Origin: a virus
Lineage: Duplodnaviria > Caudoviricetes
IMG/VR virus record: IMGVR_UViG_3300028591_000090
Span: 119,631-183,630 of that record
Direction: 5' to 3' (one strand)
Length of the DNA stretch: 64,000 nucleotides
Shown: positions 59,267-64,000 of the stretch, piece after piece
Position numbering within the stretch: the stretch's first letter is position 1
How the letters are laid out: each line of letters starts with the position of its first letter
Notes under the pieces: generated by a model
The model's input: the letters and a program-made list of their open reading frames with translations, nothing else
What the model was told of the DNA's origin: nothing
Databases searched by the model: none
Position numbers and translations under genes: made by a program

Positions 59267-61636
59267 ATGGTTACAACAACAGTTATTAAAAGAGACAATT
59301 CAACAGAAAAATTCAATCAGAAAAAGATTGAAAACGTATTAAAAAAAGTATTTAAGAATACACATCATAAATCTCCATCTAAAAGTGCTAAAGTAGTAAC
59401 AACATTAGTATTGGAGAAAATAGAAGAACTAAACGTAGAAAAGATTAAAATAGAAAAAATTCAAGATATTATAAGAGATTCCCTTATTGAAATGAATTAT
59501 TCAGAAGAAGTAAAAGAATTCGTTATTTTTAGAAACGAAAGAGCAAAAGTAAGAGAATTTGTAAATAATAAAATCAAATTTATTGAAAACTATAAAAAAG
59601 CAAGCAATACTGCCAATGCAACGGTAGATGACAACTCTAATGTTGGTAATAAAAACATTGGTGTACTAAATGCTGAAATCCACAAAACAGACAATATCCA
59701 AATTAATCGTGGTATGGTTCTACATAAATTAAAAGAATTATATCCAGATTTTGATTCTAAAAATTATCTGCAAGATATTGAAAATCATATAATTTACAAA
59801 CATGATGAAAGTTCATTTGCAGGTGCCATTGTGCCATACTGCTGTAGTATAAGTATGTATCCATTCTTGCTACACGGATTAAAACAAATTGGTGGATTAA
59901 GTGCTTCTCCTAAAAACTTGGACTCTTTTTGTGGTATGTATATCAATATGATATTCGCTGTCGCTGGACAATTCGTCGGGGCTGTAGCTACAAGTGAAAT
60001 ACTTGTTTACTTTGATTATTTTGCTCGTAAAGATTGGGGAGATGATTATTATAAAGACGCAAACGGATTTTATAAAATCGGTTATAAATTAAGAAAATTA
60101 TTAAATGCAACTCATTATTGGACAAATGATGTTCAAGAATTATCTCAACACGACTTTGGTAGCATACCATTAAATGAATTAAGAGATGAAATTGTTTATG
60201 AAAGTAATCGACCATTAACAGAAGAAGAACTGAAAGAATATGCAGAAAAAATTAAAGAAAATCCTGATTTTGTATTAAATCTTGGTGACGGAACAAGAAC
60301 AATCAAAGGTCAGATTCACCAATATTTCCAACAAATCGTATATTCAATAAATCAGCCAGCTGCTTCAAGAGGTCAGCAAGCTGCTTTTGTTAATTTTAGT
60401 TATTTTGATAAAGCATTTTTCGAAGGAATGTTTGGTGGATTTACATTCCCAGATGGAACAAAACCACAATGGAAATCATTGTCTTGGTTACAGAAAGATT
60501 TTATGATGTGGTTTAATGAAGAAAGAACTAAATGTTTGCTTACATTTCCTGTTGAATCGTTTGCTTTAGTTAATATAGACGGTAAATGGGTTGATGAAGA
60601 TTCTGTTAAATTTGTTACAGAAGAATATGCAAGAGGTCATAGTTTTTTTACCTACATTAGTGATACTGTTGATAGTTTGAGCTCATGCTGTCGTTTGAAG
60701 AACAAAATTCAAACAAAAGAATTTAACTTTACTAACGGTAATATGGGTATTATGACTGGTTCAAAATCAGTAATAACATTGAACTTAAATCGTATTATTC
60801 AAGATTCTCATGCTAAATGGATAGAAGAATCTCCAGATTCTATGGCATTCTACGATGCATTAAAAGAAGATTTGATTGAAATTCTTGAACGTGTTTATAA
60901 GTATCATACAGCATATAATTCTTTGCTTGAAGATGTTTATAATGCAGATTTATTACCTGTTTATAAGGCAGGATTTATTGACTTGAAAAAACAATATCTT
61001 ACTATTGGTTTGAATGGTTTGAATGAAGCTGCTGAATTTTTAGGTATGGAATGTAATGATAATGCAGAATATTCACATTTCTGTCAATTGATATTCTCAA
61101 CTATTAAAGAACAAAATCTATTACATAAGACAAAAGATTTAACATTTAATACAGAACAAGTTCCTGCTGAATCTCTTGCAATTAAAAACTATAATTGGGA
61201 TAAGGCAGACGGTTATGTTGTTCCAGAAGATAGAAATTTGTATGCTTCTTATATCTATATTCCAAGTGATAAATCTATAAGTGTTCTTGATAAGATAAAA
61301 CTACACGGTTCTAATTATATCGGAGAATATCTTGATGGTGGTTCTGCTGCTCACATAAATCTTGAAGAACATTTATCAGAAAAACAATATAGAATGATAT
61401 TAGATTATTCAGTAAAAGTCGGTTGTCAATATTTCACTTTCAACATTCCTAACACATGCTGCGATGATTGTGGCTATATTGCAAAACATCCTTTTGATGT
61501 TTGTCCTAAATGTGGAAGCAAGAATGTGTCTATGTATGATAGGGTAATTGGCTATTTAACTAAAATAAAGAACTGGTCAGAAGGTAGACAAATAGAACAG
61601 AAAACAAGGGTTTATTCTAAATTAGAAAACGAATAA
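59267..61636 (+). CDS. nrdD: Anaerobic (class III) ribonucleoside-triphosphate reductase
   Basis: ATP cone VIKRD, IYKHDE, PYCC, SCCRL, EQVPAESLA, CDDC..CPKC, glycyl-radical motif RVIGYL. Confidence 0.96.
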   Translation: MVTTTVIKRDNSTEKFNQKKIENVLKKVFKNTHHKSPSKSAKVVTTLVLEKIEELNVEKIKIEKIQDIIRDSLIEMNYSEEVKEFVIFRNERAKVREFVNNKIKFIENYKKASNTANATVDDNSNVGNKNIGVLNAEIHKTDNIQINRGMVLHKLKELYPDFDSKNYLQDIENHIIYKHDESSFAGAIVPYCCSISMYPFLLHGLKQIGGLSASPKNLDSFCGMYINMIFAVAGQFVGAVATSEILVYFDYFARKDWGDDYYKDANGFYKIGYKLRKLLNATHYWTNDVQELSQHDFGSIPLNELRDEIVYESNRPLTEEELKEYAEKIKENPDFVLNLGDGTRTIKGQIHQYFQQIVYSINQPAASRGQQAAFVNFSYFDKAFFEGMFGGFTFPDGTKPQWKSLSWLQKDFMMWFNEERTKCLLTFPVESFALVNIDGKWVDEDSVKFVTEEYARGHSFFTYISDTVDSLSSCCRLKNKIQTKEFNFTNGNMGIMTGSKSVITLNLNRIIQDSHAKWIEESPDSMAFYDALKEDLIEILERVYKYHTAYNSLLEDVYNADLLPVYKAGFIDLKKQYLTIGLNGLNEAAEFLGMECNDNAEYSHFCQLIFSTIKEQNLLHKTKDLTFNTEQVPAESLAIKNYNWDKADGYVVPEDRNLYASYIYIPSDKSISVLDKIKLHGSNYIGEYLDGGSAAHINLEEHLSEKQYRMILDYSVKVGCQYFTFNIPNTCCDDCGYIAKHPFDVCPKCGSKNVSMYDRVIGYLTKIKNWSEGRQIEQKTRVYSKLENE

Positions 61637-62106
61637 TGAAATATACAGATACTATGGTTACATTTAGCGAGGTTCCTGACGAAATCTCGCTTTGTATTAA
61701 TATAAGTAATTGTCCGATACATTGTAAAGATTGTCACTCAAAAGAATTATGGGGTGATGTTGGTTCGTTCTTTAATTTAGAAGTGTTGGTATCATTAATA
61801 CAAAAGAATGATGGTATAACTTGTATTTGTTTTATGGGTGGAGATTTATGTCCTACTGAAATAATGTTTTTCTGTCAATATATTAAGAAACATTTTCCAG
61901 AGTTAAAAACTGCTTGGTATAGTGGTAGAGATAATCTTTCCGATGTAAAGCATGTATTTAAATATCTTGATTATATTAAGATTGGTCCATATATTGAAAA
62001 ATATGGACCGCTTAATAAAGAAACTACTAATCAGAGAATGTATAAAATTGAAAACAACGGAGATACACTAACTGATATAACTAAAAATTTTTTAAAAAAA
62101 AATTAG
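61636..62106 (+). CDS. nrdG: NrdD activating enzyme (radical SAM)
   Basis: CPIHCKDCHS, LDYIKIGPY, TTNQR; coupled to nrdD. Confidence 0.94.
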   Translation: MKYTDTMVTFSEVPDEISLCINISNCPIHCKDCHSKELWGDVGSFFNLEVLVSLIQKNDGITCICFMGGDLCPTEIMFFCQYIKKHFPELKTAWYSGRDNLSDVKHVFKYLDYIKIGPYIEKYGPLNKETTNQRMYKIENNGDTLTDITKNFLKKN

Positions 62107-62112
62107 TAAATA

Positions 62113-62143
62113 CTTGTTTTTTAGAAAAAAATGAGTATCTTTG
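62113..62143 (+). promoter_or_regulatory. Bacteroidota sigma-A promoter
   Basis: CTTG, 19-nt spacer, TATCTTTG (62136-62143). Confidence 0.75.
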
Positions 62144-62167
62144 CAACGTGTTTAAAAAATAACAGTT

Positions 62168-63382
62168 ATGGATAATAATATGATTAATTGGGACTTTACA
62201 AATCTTGCAAATGTTGAGATTTCAAGTCAACCTCAAGCAGACCCATTTTTGTTGCGTTGTAAACCTCAAGATGGGCAAAATGGTGTGTACGAGATGAATC
62301 TTCGTTTCTTGTACTATCCTAAAAATCAGAGTTTAACGAAGTATCAAAAAAATCAAGTGTACATTAAAAATCCGATGAATGAAAACGAATCGGTTATGTT
62401 TGATTGTCCTAGATCTTTAGGCAAACCATCTATTTTTAGTGACTTGAATTTCTTATTGAAGGATAAGAAAAAGAAAAATCAAATTGATGATGCAACACTC
62501 AATGCAATTAATGCAAATTTCAGACATTGGATGGGGTGTTATTCACCGGTTTACGTAATTGCAGACCCACAACACCCAGAAAACAATGGACAATGTAAGG
62601 TTTTGAGTTACGGTTACACTATAAAAGGTTTGATTGAAGACGAATTGAAAGATAGTAAAATTAAGCCAAAATGTCAAGTTTTTGATTTCTTGACAGGTAA
62701 AAATTTCTACTATTGTGCAAAGAAAGGTAGTAAATATGGTGCTGATTATGATAGTTGTAAATTCTTTGATACACCAACAGCATTTGAATTTATTACTGAA
62801 AGTGGTCAAACAGATGTTGTAACAATGGCAGAATTGCAAGCAATGGCACAAGGTCAAGATACACCATTAAAACAACTACTTATGACAAAGTTGCCTGATA
62901 TGGAAAATTATATGGCTAAAGAAGTTGATATTCAAAAGAAAACTACTGCTTTGCAATATTTGAGAATTATTTTGGCACAGTTTCCAGCGATTCTAAATGA
63001 TTTATTGGCAGTTACAACAGACTTTGAGTCAAAGGCTATTTTGATGCAAAATGGACAACCACAACAAATGGCTGCACCTCAACCACAACCTCAACAAGTT
63101 ACGGTTGCACCTCAACCACAAGTTGTAAACCAAGCACCTCAAGGTAATGCTTTTCAACCACAGCAAGCGACTGCTCCACAAGCAAATGCTTTTCAACCTC
63201 AACAACAAGTTGTAAATCAAGCACCTCAAGGTAATGCTTTTCAACCACAGCAAGCACCTCAAGGTAATGCTTTCCAAGCACAACAAACACAACAGTTGGT
63301 AGACGCTGGTTTTCAACCGACACCAAATGATATGTCGCAAGAAAACAAAGATGCATTTGAGAATTTAATGAAGACATTATAA
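62168..63382 (+). CDS. Single-stranded DNA-binding protein (T4 gp32-like) with a Q/P-rich tail
   Basis: LRFL, VYVIADPQHPENNGQCKVLSYGYTI, FDFLTGKNF, DYDSCKF. Confidence 0.8.
   Translation: MDNNMINWDFTNLANVEISSQPQADPFLLRCKPQDGQNGVYEMNLRFLYYPKNQSLTKYQKNQVYIKNPMNENESVMFDCPRSLGKPSIFSDLNFLLKDKKKKNQIDDATLNAINANFRHWMGCYSPVYVIADPQHPENNGQCKVLSYGYTIKGLIEDELKDSKIKPKCQVFDFLTGKNFYYCAKKGSKYGADYDSCKFFDTPTAFEFITESGQTDVVTMAELQAMAQGQDTPLKQLLMTKLPDMENYMAKEVDIQKKTTALQYLRIILAQFPAILNDLLAVTTDFESKAILMQNGQPQQMAAPQPQPQQVTVAPQPQVVNQAPQGNAFQPQQATAPQANAFQPQQQVVNQAPQGNAFQPQQAPQGNAFQAQQTQQLVDAGFQPTPNDMSQENKDAFENLMKTL
63055..63290 (+). repeat. Tandem Q/P-rich coding repeats (QAPQGNAFQ x3)
   Basis: caagcacctcaaggtaatgcttt occurs three times. 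Confidence 0.8.
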
Positions 63383-63409
63383 TCTAAATTCCTTGCATAT
63401 ATTCTCCTT

Positions 63410-63445
63410 GGGAATGTCAATAAAAAAATTGGCATTCCCTTTTTT
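63410..63445 (+). terminator. Intrinsic terminator
   Basis: GGGAATGTCAA-loop-TTGGCATTCCC-T6. Confidence 0.8.
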
Positions 63446-63464
63446 AAAAAAAAATATTGTAATT

Positions 63465-63734
63465 ATGGCAGAAGAAAAAGAAATAAAAGAAGATAGATTT
63501 TTTATGATTTTTAACCATTACAAGGTTAAAGAAAGTGATATGTCTCATTTTATCGATGATATTGGACCAGAAGAAGCGGTTGTTCTGTTGGTTCATGCAA
63601 CAATGAAAGCAGGAAAAGAAGGATGTTATACAAGAACAGAATCAGAAGTTCTACAAAAATGCTTAAAAACTCTTATTAAGGGAGAAAATAACATAGAAAA
63701 TAATAACGAAAATAAATCAAAAGATGAGTTGTAA
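63465..63734 (+). CDS. Hypothetical protein (start re-assigned to MAEEKE)
   Basis: ATG 63465 lies downstream of the terminator. Confidence 0.6.
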   Translation: MAEEKEIKEDRFFMIFNHYKVKESDMSHFIDDIGPEEAVVLLVHATMKAGKEGCYTRTESEVLQKCLKTLIKGENNIENNNENKSKDEL

Positions 63735-64000
63735 ACTACTTATAGATGGGAATAGTATGATTAATACGGTTGCTTGTGCCTCTTTGTACAATGCAACAGA
63801 TACTGATTTTGCTCGACCATTCTATAAGGAACTTGATAGATATGTAATTAAAGGAAAAGCAGAAGAATATTACAAAGAAATTATTTTCAAATATTTTTAT
63901 AATATTCTTCATTCTTTAAATTATATTGATAATGTATATTTTTGTTTCGATAAAGTATCTTGGAGAAAATTTTATTATAAGAAATATAAAGATTTGTTCA
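63724..64000 (+). CDS. 5'-3' exonuclease / T4 RNase H-like (PIN/FEN), partial; not in the ORF track
   Basis: Hand translation: MSCKLLIDGNSMIN...DNVYFCFDKVSWRKFYYKKYK; open to the window end. Confidence 0.75.
   Translation, partial: MSCKLLIDGNSMINTVACASLYNATDTDFARPFYKELDRYVIKGKAEEYYKEIIFKYFYNILHSLNYIDNVYFCFDKVSWRKFYYKKYKDLF

Noticed and set aside
59267-61636. Intein in nrdD
   Set aside because: No Cys/Ser...His-Asn boundaries or HINT motifs around the extra segment.
1-64000. Stop-codon recoding (Lak-like TAG=Gln, or TGA=Trp)
   Set aside because: Multi-kb ORFs are intact under code 11, and both TAG and TGA end genes at sensible, coupled junctions. Only one internal TGA was seen, in a remnant.
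1-64000. tRNA/rRNA genes and the many 60-110-aa ORFs nested in or antisense to long genes
   Set aside because: No cloverleaf or rRNA-like sequence was seen in the short intergenic gaps. The nested ORFs are expected shadows in AT-rich coding DNA.

Overview
This is a 64-kb, very AT-rich segment of a large myovirus with T4-like core genes. The host is almost certainly a Bacteroidota anaerobe: TTTG-N19/20-TAnnTTTG promoters, no Shine-Dalgarno sites, nrdD/nrdG. It uses the standard genetic code. From left to right: (1) a fractured large-terminase gene, made of TerL-N plus a 44-aa N-intein, a free-standing Vsr-like homing endonuclease, and a 142-aa C-intein plus TerL-C (this last ORF is missing from the ORF track); (2) lysis/membrane genes and an opposite-strand lipoprotein moron; (3) a tail-fibre/adhesin cluster with two glycosyltransferases, a higher-GC swapped cassette and the decaying remnant of the gene it displaced; (4) baseplate and other structural genes, many preceded by an ATAAATA late-promoter motif; (5) a gp55-like late sigma factor and RuvC; (6) at the main strand switch, an array of three self-palindromic AT-rich repeats followed by an SF2 helicase and a GIY-YIG/T5orf172 nuclease that share a ~92-aa C-terminal domain; (7) a degenerate DNA-ligase-like protein, an S1-domain protein, nrdD, nrdG, a gp32-like SSB and a 5'-3' exonuclease. 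The best novel-system candidates are the repeat/helicase/nuclease module and the atypically split TerL intein. All calls come from reading motifs by eye; no database searches were run.
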